Shown piece after piece: positions 1-9,313 of a stretch of DNA of 64,000 nucleotides; position 1 is the first letter of the stretch, and each line of letters begins with the position of its first letter. Both the position numbers and the translations under genes were made by a program. The DNA is from an uncultured Alphaproteobacteria bacterium (lineage in GTDB: Bacteria; Pseudomonadota; Alphaproteobacteria; Rhodobacterales; Rhodobacteraceae). Below the pieces are notes generated by a model that saw nothing but the letters and a program-made list of their open reading frames with translations, was not told the DNA's origin and did not search any database. The stretch covers positions 323,618 through 387,617 of the forward strand of contig CAVZBD010000002.1 in assembly GCA_963773475.1 (NCBI GenBank), in the 5' to 3' direction.

Positions 1-1570
1 TCGTCGCGCGCCGGGCGACCGAGGCGTTGCTGGGGATGGAGGGCGCCGCCGTCGCCGTCTGCGTTGCGGCGGCGCTGGCCGTGCTGGCGGAAGCGCCGGA
101 CGACGCCGAAGCGCCCGAGGCCTGCCGCTGGGCCTGGCGGGCGAGGGCGGCGAAGTCGGTGGGGCGCGTCTCGGGGATGAGCATCGCCGTCCCGTCTGGG
201 GCCGCCGACGGTTCGGCCTGGGGCACGGCCGGCCGCCTTTTCGGGCGCAGAACGGCGGTGATTGAACCTTGGACCTCGGGCTCGGCCACCTCGTCGGCGG
301 GATCTGCTTCGGCGACGGGACGGTGCCTGGGACGGGGCAAGACCGGCGCGTCCGGCGCAGGCTCGACGTCGGCTTTGGCCGGAGGCTCCGCAGGGTCGGC
401 AGCGATCGGCGCCGGGACCGACGGCGGATGCGGAAGGCGGGCGAGCGGCGGCATCGCCGACTTCTGCGGCGCGGCGACGACGGGATCGGCCGCTGCCAGA
501 TAGAGCCGGTCGAGGCTGTCGCCATGTGGCGCGGTCGGCGCGACCGGCTCGGCCGTCATGTGCGGTGTGCGCGTGGGGGCGTCGGCTGGCACCTCGCCGC
601 GCGGCTCGATGGCCGACAGCCGGACCCTACCGGCCGGCTCGGCCCGCGGCTCGGCCGGCTCGGACGGGGCGGTGGCGCGGGTGACCTCGGCCTCGGGCGT
701 GGCGGGCGACGTCACCCCGGCCTGCCCTGAGGCGGCGGGAGCGTCTTCGGACGGGGCGGCGATCTCGGGCGCCACCTCGGCTCGCAGGATGTCGGCGCGC
801 TCGTCCACGGTCACGGCGACCGGAGCGGGCGTGACCTCGGGCATCTCGGTCCCGCGCAGCCCGAAGGTCGCGACGCCGCCGACGATCGCCAGCGCAAGCG
901 TCGCCACCGCCGCTGCCGTGAGAAGCGGTCGCCGGCGTTCCGCGGGCTTGCGCGCGCCGAAGAGCGTCAGCGCCTCCTCCTCGCTGGCGGCCTTGTCGGC
1001 GAAGCTGGGCGCGGGCCCGAGCGCCGGTGGTGCGGCGCGCGGCGGTATGTCGCCCGCCGGGACCGGACTTTTCGGCGTCTGAGGCGCAGGGACCGCGGCC
1101 GGGGCTTCGGCCGCCGCCGCGGCGGGCGGTGCGGGCTCGAACACCATCTCGGCGGGCAGGTCGGGGGTCGTGGGGCGGGCGATCAGGCGCGCGGGCACGA
1201 AACCCTGGCGGCGCGCAAACTCGCGCGCCTCCACAAGGGTTTGGCCGGTGGTCGCGGCGACGGCGACGCGGCTTCCGGTGCCGGCCGTCGCCCAGACCAG
1301 TTCGTCCAGCGGATAGGGCGTCGCCCCGTCCAGCGCCTCGGGCACCGAGGCCGCGTCCGGCGCGGAGGTATAGAGGATCTGGACGTCGGGGATGACGAGG
1401 TCCACATGCGGCGTCCCCTGCGCGCCCACCGCCTGGCGCATCCGGGCGATCCGCTCGGCGAAATCGGGTGCCGCGAGGGAGACGGTGTCGACCTCGTTCA
1501 GACGTGCGCCTTCGCGCCGCAAAAGGCGCACCGCGTCGAGCGACAGGTCGAGCGCGTGGTCCCTCACCAT
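1..1570 (-). CDS. Conserved Rhodobacterales membrane-anchored Pro/Ala-rich protein, truncated by the window edge; family is variously annotated as hypothetical or PilP-like
   Basis: Manual minus-strand translation from ATG at 1570 gives MVRDHALDLSLDAVRLLRR...VDLVIPDVQILYT...ALDGATPYPLDELVW...TLVEAREFARRQGFVP, then a hydrophobic segment TAAAVATLALAIVGGVATFGL (~860-920) and a low-complexity tail. It is absent from the ORF track, apparently because it runs off the left edge. Family assignment is from memory. Confidence 0.65.
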   Translation of the reverse strand, partial: MVRDHALDLSLDAVRLLRREGARLNEVDTVSLAAPDFAERIARMRQAVGAQGTPHVDLVIPDVQILYTSAPDAASVPEALDGATPYPLDELVWATAGTGSRVAVAATTGQTLVEAREFARRQGFVPARLIARPTTPDLPAEMVFEPAPPAAAAAEAPAAVPAPQTPKSPVPAGDIPPRAAPPALGPAPSFADKAASEEEALTLFGARKPAERRRPLLTAAAVATLALAIVGGVATFGLRGTEMPEVTPAPVAVTVDERADILRAEVAPEIAAPSEDAPAASGQAGVTSPATPEAEVTRATAPSEPAEPRAEPAGRVRLSAIEPRGEVPADAPTRTPHMTAEPVAPTAPHGDSLDRLYLAAADPVVAAPQKSAMPPLARLPHPPSVPAPIAADPAEPPAKADVEPAPDAPVLPRPRHRPVAEADPADEVAEPEVQGSITAVLRPKRRPAVPQAEPSAAPDGTAMLIPETRPTDFAALARQAQRQASGASASSGASASTASAAATQTATAAPSIPSNASVARRAT

Positions 1571-1721
1571 GGTGTTGCCTTCTAGCACGATTCCCCTCTC
1601 GGGCGGCACGCGAATTCTTCGCGTGGACGATCTTCGCGGCATCTCGCCGAGACGCAAGCACTTGCGTCTGCCGGCCGGCGGGCCGACGCTTGCCGCGTCG
1701 AAGTGACCGGAAGGGGTGAAG

Positions 1722-2408
1722 ATGCGGTTGACGAGCTTGGTTGCGGCGATCCTGGCGCTGGCGATCCTGCCGGCGGCGGCGCAGCAGGAAGAGACGGGGA
1801 TCGTCGTGCGCGGGCAGGGCCGGGTAGAGGCGCCGCCCGACATGGCGACCCTGACGTTGGGAGTGACGGCCGAGGCGGGCACCGCCGGCGAGGCGATGGC
1901 CCGCAATGGTGCCGCGATGGCGCCGGTGTTGCAGCGGCTGCGCGACGCCGGCATCGCCGAGCGTGACATCCAGACCAGCGGCCTGACGCTGTCGCCGCGC
2001 TATGGCGCGCGATCGCCCGAAGAGGCGCCCCGCATCACCGGCTACGTGGCGCAGAACGTGGTGACGGTGAGGGTCCGCGCGCTCGGTATCCTGGGCGACG
2101 TGCTGGATGCGGTCGTCTCGGACGGCGCCAACACGATGGGCGGTCTGCGGTTCGGTGTGCAGGAGCCGGAGGCGCTCGAGGCAGAGGCGCGCCGCCGCGC
2201 CGTCGCGGACGCACGCAGAAAGGCCGGCGAGATGGCCGAGGCGGCCGATGTCACCCTCGGGCAGGTGCGCGCGCTCGTCGAGGAGGGTGGCGGCGGCGGT
2301 CCAACGATGATGCTCGAGGCGCGCATGGCCGACGCCGCGGTCCCGGTCGCCGAGGGCGAGGTGACGTTCGAGAGCAGCGTGAGGATGGTCTTCGAGATCG
2401 ACCGATAG
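1722..2408 (+). CDS. SIMPL/DUF541 (BP26-like) periplasmic protein
   Basis: Intact ORF with signal peptide MRLTSLVAAILALAILPAAAQ and motifs IVVRGQGRVEAPPDMATLTLGV, GIAERDIQTSGLTLSP, ARRRAVADARRKA, C-terminal VRMVFEI. Confidence 0.9.
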   Translation: MRLTSLVAAILALAILPAAAQQEETGIVVRGQGRVEAPPDMATLTLGVTAEAGTAGEAMARNGAAMAPVLQRLRDAGIAERDIQTSGLTLSPRYGARSPEEAPRITGYVAQNVVTVRVRALGILGDVLDAVVSDGANTMGGLRFGVQEPEALEAEARRRAVADARRKAGEMAEAADVTLGQVRALVEEGGGGGPTMMLEARMADAAVPVAEGEVTFESSVRMVFEIDR

Positions 2409-2435
2409 GCCGCCCCGCCGCAGAGGGGGGCGGCC
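2408..2435. terminator. GC-rich hairpin between convergent SIMPL and metY genes
   Basis: GGCCGCCCC...GGGGCGGCC inverted repeat directly after the SIMPL stop codon; no U-tract. Confidence 0.4.
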
Positions 2436-2443
2436 GCCTGGCC

Positions 2444-3745
2444 TCAGGCGGTGGCCTTGGCCAGGGCCTGGTCGAGGTCGGCGATCAGGTCGTCGGCGTC
2501 CTCGATCCCGATCGAGAGGCGCACCACGTCCGGATCCGCGCCCGCGGCCCGCTGCTGCGCCTCGTCGAGTTGACGGTGGGTCGTCGAGGCCGAGTGGATG
2601 ATGAGCGAGCGCGTGTCGCCGAGGTTCGCCACATGGCTGAATATCTCGACCGAGTCGATCAGCTTCACGCACGCCTCGTAGCCGCCCTTGACCGAGAAGG
2701 TGAAGATCGACCCGGCGCCCTTCGGGCAGATGGTGGCCATGCGGCCGTGATAGGGCGACGACTCGAGGCCCGCATAGGTCACGCGGCCCACGCGGCTGTC
2801 GGACTCGAGCCAGCGTGCCACCTTCACCGCGTTCTCCACGTGCCGGTCCATGCGCAGGCTCAGCGTCTCTATGCCCATCAGCGTGTAGTGGGCGGCCTGC
2901 GGGTTCAGCGTCATCCCGAGGTCGCGCAGCCCCACCGCGATGCCGTGGAAGGTGTAGGCGAGCGGGCCGAACGTCTCGTGGAACTTGAGGCCGTGATAGG
3001 CCGGCTCGGGGTCCGACAGGCTGGGGAACTTGCCGCTGGCCGACCAGTCGAACCGGCCGGAATCGACGATGGCGCCGCCGGTGACGGTGCCGTTGCCGGT
3101 CAGGTACTTGGTGGCCGAATGAACGACGATCGTCGCGCCGTGCTCGATCGGCCGGCAGAGGTAGGGGGTGGCCGAAGTGTTGTCGACGATGAGCGGCACG
3201 CCAGCGGCGTTGGCGATGGCGGCGATCGCCGGCAGGTCGGTGATGTAGCCGCCCGGGTTGGCGATGCTTTCGCAAAAGATGGCGCGCGTGTCTTCGTCGA
3301 TCGCCGCGCGCACCGCATCCTCGTCGTCGAAGTCGACGAACCGCGCCTGCCAGCCGAAGCGCTTGAAGGTCTGGCTGAACTGCGTGACCGTGCCGCCGTA
3401 GAGCCGGGTCGAGACCACCACGTTGCGCCCCGGCGCCATCAGCGGGAACAGCGCCATGATCTGCGCCGCGTGCCCCGACGAACAGCAGATGCCGCCGACC
3501 CCGCCCTCGAGCGTGGCAATCCGCTCCTGCAGGACGGCGACGGTGGGGTTGGTCAGGCGCGAATAGATGAACCCGACTTCCTGGAGGTTGAAGAGCGCGG
3601 CGGCATGGTCGGCGTCGCGGAAGACGTAGGCGGTGGTCTGGTAGATCGGCGTCTGCCGCGCCCCGGTGGCGGGATCGGGCCGCGCCCCGGCATGGATCTG
3701 CAGCGTGTCGAAGCCGAGGCTCCGAGCGTGGGCGTCGTCGTTCAT
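2444..3745 (-). CDS. metY: O-acetylhomoserine aminocarboxypropyltransferase (sulfhydrylase)
   Basis: Intact 433 aa ORF with FDTLQIHAG, TPIYQTTAY, IYSRLTNPT, PLP-lysine motif HSATKY, and HVANLGDTRSLIIHSASTTH. Confidence 0.93.
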   Translation of the reverse strand: MNDDAHARSLGFDTLQIHAGARPDPATGARQTPIYQTTAYVFRDADHAAALFNLQEVGFIYSRLTNPTVAVLQERIATLEGGVGGICCSSGHAAQIMALFPLMAPGRNVVVSTRLYGGTVTQFSQTFKRFGWQARFVDFDDEDAVRAAIDEDTRAIFCESIANPGGYITDLPAIAAIANAAGVPLIVDNTSATPYLCRPIEHGATIVVHSATKYLTGNGTVTGGAIVDSGRFDWSASGKFPSLSDPEPAYHGLKFHETFGPLAYTFHGIAVGLRDLGMTLNPQAAHYTLMGIETLSLRMDRHVENAVKVARWLESDSRVGRVTYAGLESSPYHGRMATICPKGAGSIFTFSVKGGYEACVKLIDSVEIFSHVANLGDTRSLIIHSASTTHRQLDEAQQRAAGADPDVVRLSIGIEDADDLIADLDQALAKATA

Positions 3746-3836
3746 CGTTGGCCTCCCTCAGCAGCAAGTCGTGGCGAGGGTTTAGGCGATCGCGTGCGGG
3801 CCGACAACGCACACGGCTGGTTGATGAGGGGGAGGG

Positions 3837-3920
3837 TGGTGGGCGACCCTGGAATCGAACCAGGCATGGGTCTCCCCGGCGGAGTTACAGTCCGCTGCCG
3901 CACCTTGCAGCACGTCGCCC
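3837..3920 (-). tRNA. tRNA-Tyr (GTA), class II with long variable arm
   Basis: Reverse complement folds as acceptor GGGCGAC/GTCGCCC, anticodon arm GCGGA-CTGTAAC-TCCGC, T arm CCTGG-TTCGATT-CCAGG, with encoded ACCA end. Confidence 0.95.
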
Positions 3921-4021
3921 GACGCGTCGGCCGGGATACTGGGGGGCCCCTGGTCCGTCAAGGCGAAATCGGCTTGCCGTCGCGGACCCGCGGGACCAAG
4001 AGAGGGCGCCGGGAGGATGCG

Positions 4022-4798
4022 ATGAAAAAGCCGAAATGGGTGATCGAGAAGGAGCGCGGGCGCCGCGCCTCCGCCGCCGAGACCGTGTGGCTTTTCGGGC
4101 TGCACGCGGTGCGCGACGCGCTGACGAACCCGGCACGCGACAAGCTGCGCCTGATCGTCACCCGCAACGCCGCCGACCGCCTGGGCGAGGCGCTGGCCGC
4201 CGGCCCTGAGCCCGAGATGGCCGACCCGCGCCGCTTTCCCGCCCCGCTCGACCCCGGCTCGGTGCACCAGGGGGCGGCGCTCGAGGTGCGGCCGCTCGAC
4301 TGGGGCGCGCTGTCCGAACTCTGTGCCGCCGCGCCGGACGAGGCCCCGGTGGTGGTGCTGCTCGACCGGGTGAGCGACCCCCACAACGTGGGCGCCATCC
4401 TGCGCTCGGCCGAGGTTTTCGGGGCGCGGGCGGTCATCGCGCCCGCCCGTCACGCGGCCCCCGAGACGGGCGCGCTGGCCAAGGCCGCCTCGGGCGCGCT
4501 CGAACGGCAGCCCTACCTTCGTGTGCGCAACCTGGCCGCGGCGATGGAGGAGCTGGCCGAGCTCGGCTATCGCACTGTCGGACTGGACGGCGCGGCCGAG
4601 GTCGAGCTCGGCGACGCGATGGAACCGGGGCCGCTGGGGCTTGTGCTGGGCGCCGAGGGGCCGGGGTTGCGCCAGCGCACGCGCGAGACCTGTGACGCGC
4701 TGGCGCGGATCCCGTCGGCCGGGGCATTCGGTTCGCTCAACGTGTCGAACGCGGCGGCGGTGGCGCTCTATGCGGCGACGCGCCGCCGCGCTATGTGA
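4022..4798 (+). CDS. rlmB: 23S rRNA (G2251-2'-O)-methyltransferase, SpoU/TrmH family
   Basis: Starts MKKPKWVIEKE; motifs WLFGLHAV, HQGAAL, LDRVSDPHNVGAILRSA, VLGAEGPGL, SLNVSNAAAV. Confidence 0.92.
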   Translation: MKKPKWVIEKERGRRASAAETVWLFGLHAVRDALTNPARDKLRLIVTRNAADRLGEALAAGPEPEMADPRRFPAPLDPGSVHQGAALEVRPLDWGALSELCAAAPDEAPVVVLLDRVSDPHNVGAILRSAEVFGARAVIAPARHAAPETGALAKAASGALERQPYLRVRNLAAAMEELAELGYRTVGLDGAAEVELGDAMEPGPLGLVLGAEGPGLRQRTRETCDALARIPSAGAFGSLNVSNAAAVALYAATRRRAM

Positions 4799-4803
4799 GG
4801 CGC

Positions 4804-5076
4804 ATGCCGGCCACAAAGATCGCCACATGCTGCTATTGCGGAACGCGCGCGGCGCTCACCCTGCGGGGCGAAGTACAGCACGAGCTGGCCTGCGCCTCGT
4901 GCGGCGCGCCGTTGCATACGTTGAAGCGGATCCCGCGTGAGCAGGCGCCCGAACGGCCTGTTCGCACCGCCGTGGGCGGGCCGCGGCGCAGGAAGCCCGG
5001 CAAGCGCAAGTCAAAGCCACTCTCGCGCAAGCTCTGGAACGCGGCCTACGACCTGCTGGACGACCTTCTCGACTGA
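4804..5076 (+). CDS. Small zinc-ribbon-like hypothetical protein
   Basis: Intact ORF with CCYCG and CASCGAPL Cys pairs, a basic tail and an acidic end (DLLDDLLD). Confidence 0.75.
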   Translation: MPATKIATCCYCGTRAALTLRGEVQHELACASCGAPLHTLKRIPREQAPERPVRTAVGGPRRRKPGKRKSKPLSRKLWNAAYDLLDDLLD

Positions 5077-5184
5077 CGCGGCGGCCCGCGGTCACACATG
5101 TCTTCACGGTTGCGTCGACGCCCCTGTCACGCGCGTGGATCCGGGCCATCTTCGGCACGTTCCGCTGCCATGGGAGAGAGAGCC

Positions 5185-5643
5185 ATGCCCAGCCGCCGCA
5201 CCGTTCTTGGCCTCGCCGCCGCGCTTCCGGCGCTGACCTGGCTGCCGAAGGCCGCCCGCGCCGGCAGCCCCCGCATCTTCGCCGCGCACGGGCTGGCGAT
5301 CGCCGGCGCCGACCCCGTCGCCTATTTCCAGCACGGCCGCGCTGTCGCCGGATCGGCGGCCCATCCGCTGTTGTGGAACGGTGCGACCTGGCTCTTCGCG
5401 ACACCGGCCAACCGCACGCGCTTCGAGGCCGACCCGCGCGCGTTCGCGCCGCGCTACGGCGGCTATTGCGCCTGGGGAGTGGGGCGCGGCTATCTCGCGT
5501 CGATCGACCCCGAGGCCTTCACGATCCATGGCGGACGGCTCTACCTGAACTATTCCAAGGGCATCCGCCGCCGGTTCCGGCACGACATCGAGGCCAACAT
5601 CGCCCGCGCTGATGCCAACTGGCCGGGGGTGCTCGACGGTTGA
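5185..5643 (+). CDS. YHS-domain periplasmic protein with Tat signal
   Basis: SRRTVL twin-arginine signal; AIAGADPVAYF, W.FAT.ANR..FEADP..FAPRYGGYCAWGV, GRLYLNYS, ADANWP. Confidence 0.88.
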   Translation: MPSRRTVLGLAAALPALTWLPKAARAGSPRIFAAHGLAIAGADPVAYFQHGRAVAGSAAHPLLWNGATWLFATPANRTRFEADPRAFAPRYGGYCAWGVGRGYLASIDPEAFTIHGGRLYLNYSKGIRRRFRHDIEANIARADANWPGVLDG

Positions 5644-5734
5644 GCGGGGCGCCAGGGGATCGCCGGTGCGTCATCTGTTCACACCTGCATGAGGTCCGTC
5701 TTCAAAGCCGCGCATGTATGCTTATCTGAATATC

Positions 5735-5820
5735 GAGGCGCAGGTACGGAACACCGCGTCTCTTATCACTGTCCCTCGTTCCGCGACTGGCGCCCGGGCA
5801 TTGCTTCGGGCGCCTTTTTC
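5735..5820 (+). ncRNA. Candidate small RNA (StsR-like, complementary to UpsM/mraZ leader)
   Basis: Intergenic. Upstream CTTCAA...CTTATCT promoter-like motif (5700-5727); ends in a hairpin plus U-tract; three patches are complementary to the leader at 22176-22345 (see findings). The 5' end is estimated. Confidence 0.55.
5789..5819 (+). terminator. Rho-independent terminator
   Basis: GGCGCCCGGGC-ATT-GCTTCGGGCGCC (imperfect stem) followed by TTTTT. Confidence 0.75.
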
Positions 5821-5836
5821 TTCCTATCTCGACGTC

Positions 5837-6339
5837 ATGAGATATTCCGACGCGCTGCTGCGCGACATCCTGACCCGAACCCGGGTGATCGCCTGTGTCG
5901 GGCGTGTCGCCGAACCCGGTGCGCCCCAGCCACTACGTGGCGCGCTACCTCTCGCTCAAGGGCTTCCGGGTGATCCCGGTCAACCCGGGCCACGCGGGCG
6001 CGACGCTGTTCGGCCAGACCGTCGTCGGCAGCCTCGCCGACGCACCCGACGATGTGCGAGATGGTGGACATCTTCCGACGCTCGGAGCACGTCCCGCCGA
6101 TCGTGGCCGAGGCGCTGGCGCGCTGGCCCAAGCTCGAGACCGTCTGGATGCAGATCGGCGTCGAGAGCGACGAGGCCGCCGCGATGGCCGAGGCGCGCGG
6201 CGTCACGGTGATCCAGAACCGCTGTCCCAAGATCGAGTACCAGCGCCTCTTCGGCGAACTGCGCATGGGCGGGTTCGCGACCGGCGTCGTGTCGTCGCGG
6301 CTGCCCGACGCGCCGCTGAAGCCGCGCGGCCAGAACTAG
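5837..6339 (+). CDS. CoA-binding protein (YccU family), frameshifted in this sequence
   Basis: Fragments in different frames: [22 protein letters not shown] / [15 protein letters not shown]...VIPVNPG / MVDIFRRSE...VWMQIGV...NRCPKIEY. Confidence 0.85.
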
Positions 6340-6652
6340 CGCGGCTTGCGCGCGGCCTTCTCGGCCAGCCCCGAGACGCCCTCGCGACGCTCGAGCTCGG
6401 CCAGCACCTCGTCGAGCGGCACGTCGCGGGCGGCCAGCATCACCAGCAGGTGGTAGAGCACGTCGGCAGCCTCGGCCGTCAGCTCGGCCTCGCTGCCCGA
6501 GACGGCGGCGACGACCGCCTCGACCGCCTCCTCGCCGAACTTCTCGGCGCACTTGCCGGGCCCTCGCGCCAGAAGCTCGCCGTCCATGACGTGTCGGGGT
6601 CGGCACCGCGCCGCGCCGCGACGGTCGCGGCCAGCCGCTCGAGCGCGCTCAG
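6336..6652 (-). CDS. hisE: Phosphoribosyl-ATP diphosphatase (frameshifted)
   Basis: [17 protein letters not shown]...[13 protein letters not shown]...[10 protein letters not shown]; start approximate. Confidence 0.88.
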
Positions 6653-7412
6653 TCAGGCCGCACCGGGATGCCGGCCGCGGCCATGTGGGCCTTGGCCTCG
6701 GCGATGGTGAACTCGCCGAAGTGGAAGATCGACGCGGCCAGCACGGCCGAGGCGCCGCCCTCGCGTGACGCCCTCGACCAGGTGGTCGAGCGTGCCGACC
6801 CCGCCCGAGGCGATCACCGGCACGCCGCACCGCGTCGACGATGGCGCGCGTGAGCTCCAGGTCGAAGCCGGACCGCGTGCCGTCGCGGTCCATCGAGGTC
6901 AGCAGGATCTCGCCCGCGCCCTGCGCGCTCGACCTCGACGGCGAACGCCACCGCGTCGATGCCGGTGGCCCGGCGGCCGCCATGGGTGAAGATCTCCCAC
7001 CGGCCGGGCGCCACGCGCTTGGCGTCGATGGCCACGACGATGCACTGGCTGCCGAAGCGGTCGGCGGCGCGGGCCACCACGTCGGGTCGGCCACGGCGGC
7101 GGAGTTGAAGCTGACCTTGTCGGCGCCGGCCAGCAGCAGGGCGCGCACGTCGTCCGGGGTGCGCACGCCGCCGCCGATGGTCAGCGGCATGAAGCAGTGC
7201 TCGGCCGTGCGGGTGGCCAGGTCGTACATCGTGCCGCGGTTCTCGTGCGTGGCGTTGATGTCGAGGAAGCAGAGCTCGTCGGCGCCGGCGGCGTCGTAGG
7301 CCTGCGCCGCCTCCACCGGGTCGCCGGCGTCGATCAGGTCGACGAAGTTGACGCCCTTGACGACGCGGCCGTCCTTCACGTCGAGGCAGGGGATGATGCG
7401 GGTCTTCAGCAT
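6649..7412 (-). CDS. hisF: Imidazole glycerol phosphate synthase cyclase subunit (frameshifted)
   Basis: [48 protein letters not shown]. Confidence 0.93.
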
Positions 7413-7504
7413 GGGCCTCCGCTTAGCTCCGATCGCGGGAGCGGCCGGAACCCCGGATCAGCGGCCGGCGATTGACCCCGCATCATCCGAGAGGGAGGAC
7501 AGCC

Positions 7505-7958
7505 ATGACCCGCATCGCCGCGCGACCGCTCGCCCTGTCGCTGGCGCTGCGCAATGCCGGCGCTTGCCGACGTCGAACGCCAGAAGGCCGAGGGGAGCGT
7601 CGCCGACGCGATGGACCGGCTGGAGGAGGCGGTGACCGAGGCCGGCGCCACCGTCTTCGCGCGCATCGACCACGGCGCCGGCGCGGCCGAGGCCGGACTG
7701 GAACTGGCCGACTGCGCAGCTGCTGATCTTCGGCAATCCGCAGCTCGGCACGCCGGCGATGCAGGCCGACCCGCTGGCCGGCCTGTACCTGCCGCTGAAG
7801 ATCCTCGTCTACGCCGATGGCGAGGGGCAGACCTGGCTTGCCTACGAGGAGATCGAGGAGACCTTCGACGACCTCTCGATCGACGACGACGTCGGCGTTC
7901 CTGGCGGAAGATGGAAGGCGCGCTGGAGAAGTTCGCCGAGGCCGCGGCCGACGACTGA
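7505..7958 (+). CDS. DUF302 domain periplasmic protein (frameshifted)
   Basis: [45 protein letters not shown] across frames. Confidence 0.85.
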
Positions 7959-8045
7959 CCCGGCGACCGCGCCCGGTGGGTGCGGCCGGGCGGGGCATCG
8001 AACCCCGCCCGGCCGCGCGCGACTTTCGGTCGCGCCGGCCCGGCC

Positions 8046-8774
8046 TCAGGCGGTGTCGCGCAGGGCGAGAAGCGCCTGGCCGAGGTCGAGCGCGCCCGTC
8101 GTAGAGCGCGCGGCCCGAGATGGCGCCGGCGATCACGCCGGTGTCGCGCAGCGCCACCAGGTCGGCCAGCGAGGAGACGCCGCCCGAGGCGATCACCGGG
8201 ATCGAGACGGCGCGCGCCAGCGCGGCGGTGGCCGCGACGTTCGGTCCGCCCATCGCGCCGTCGCGGTCGATGTCGGTGTAGATGATCGCGGCGACGCCGG
8301 CGTCCTCGAACCGGCGGGCCAGGTCGACGGCCTCGATCTCGGTCGTCTCGGCCCAGCCGCGGGTCGCGACCTGGCCGCCGCGCGCATCGAGCCCGACCGC
8401 GACCCGGCCGGGATGGGCGCGCGCCGCCTCGCGCACGAGGTCGGGATCCTCGACCGCGACGGTGCCGAGGATCACGCGCGCCACGCCCCGCTCCAGCCAC
8501 GCCTCGATCGTGGCCAGGTCGCGGATGCCGCCGCCGAGCTGCACCGGGATCGCGACCGCGCGCCAGGATCGCCTCGACCGCCGCGGCGTTCACCGGGCGC
8601 CCGGCGAAGGCGCCGTTCAGGTCGACGAGGTGCAGCCACTGGCAGCCCGCCTCGGCGAACGACGCGGGCCTGCGCGGCCGGATCGTCGCCGAACACCGTC
8701 GCCGCCTCCATCTCGCCGCGCAGCAGGCGCACGCACTGGCCGTCCTTCAGGTCGATGGCGGGGTAGAGGATCAT
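8046..8774 (-). CDS. hisA: ProFAR isomerase (frameshifted)
   Basis: [57 protein letters not shown]. Confidence 0.93.
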
Positions 8775-8904
8775 CGGGGGCTCCGTTCGTCTGTCGCGCC
8801 GCTCTGTGACATGGCGGCCGGGCCGATGCCAAGCCGCCGCCGCGCAGCCCTTGCCTGCGTGGCCCCGGACGCGGCAGGCTGCGACGACTACGGGAGGAAC
8901 CGGG

Positions 8905-9302
8905 ATGAGGACGATCACCTTGGGCGCTGATCCTGGCGCTGGCCCTCGCCGCAAGCGCCGCGGCGCAGCAGTCGGTCCTGGGCACGTGGAAGACGCAGCC
9001 GGACGACAACGGCGATTTCGGCCATGTCCGCATGTACGAGTGCGGAGCCGAGATCTGCGGTCAACTGGTGCGGCCTTCAACGCCTCGGGCGCCGAGATCG
9101 ACAGCGACACGGTCGGCAAGCGGATCATCTGGGAGATGCATCCCAGCGGCGACGGCAGCTACGTGCAAGGGCAAGATCTATGCGCCCGACCGCGGCCGGA
9201 CCTACAGTTCCAAGATGCAGCTCGAGGGCGACGTCCTGTCGGTCTCGGGCTGCATCCTCGGCATCTGCCGGGCGCAGAGATGGACGCGCGTGCGGCGGAT
9301 AG
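8905..9302 (+). CDS. DUF2147 domain secreted protein (frameshifted)
   Basis: [65 protein letters not shown]; end approximate. Confidence 0.85.
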
Positions 9303-9313
9303 GGGCGGGCGCC

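Noticed and set aside
627-3812. Very long Arg/Ala/Pro-rich ORFs (for example 627-3812, 30570-34160, 53175-55169) as novel or overlapping genes
   Set aside because: These are shadow frames of real genes in very GC-rich DNA, or fusions created by frameshift errors; they have no independent domain content.
5185-5643. YHS protein as a selenoprotein
   Set aside because: The motif reads YGGYCAW with a TGC Cys codon and no in-frame TGA.
7413-9313. DUF302 and DUF2147 genes interrupting the his cluster as a novel system
   Set aside because: To my knowledge, interleaving of these small secreted-protein genes among his genes is usual in Rhodobacterales.
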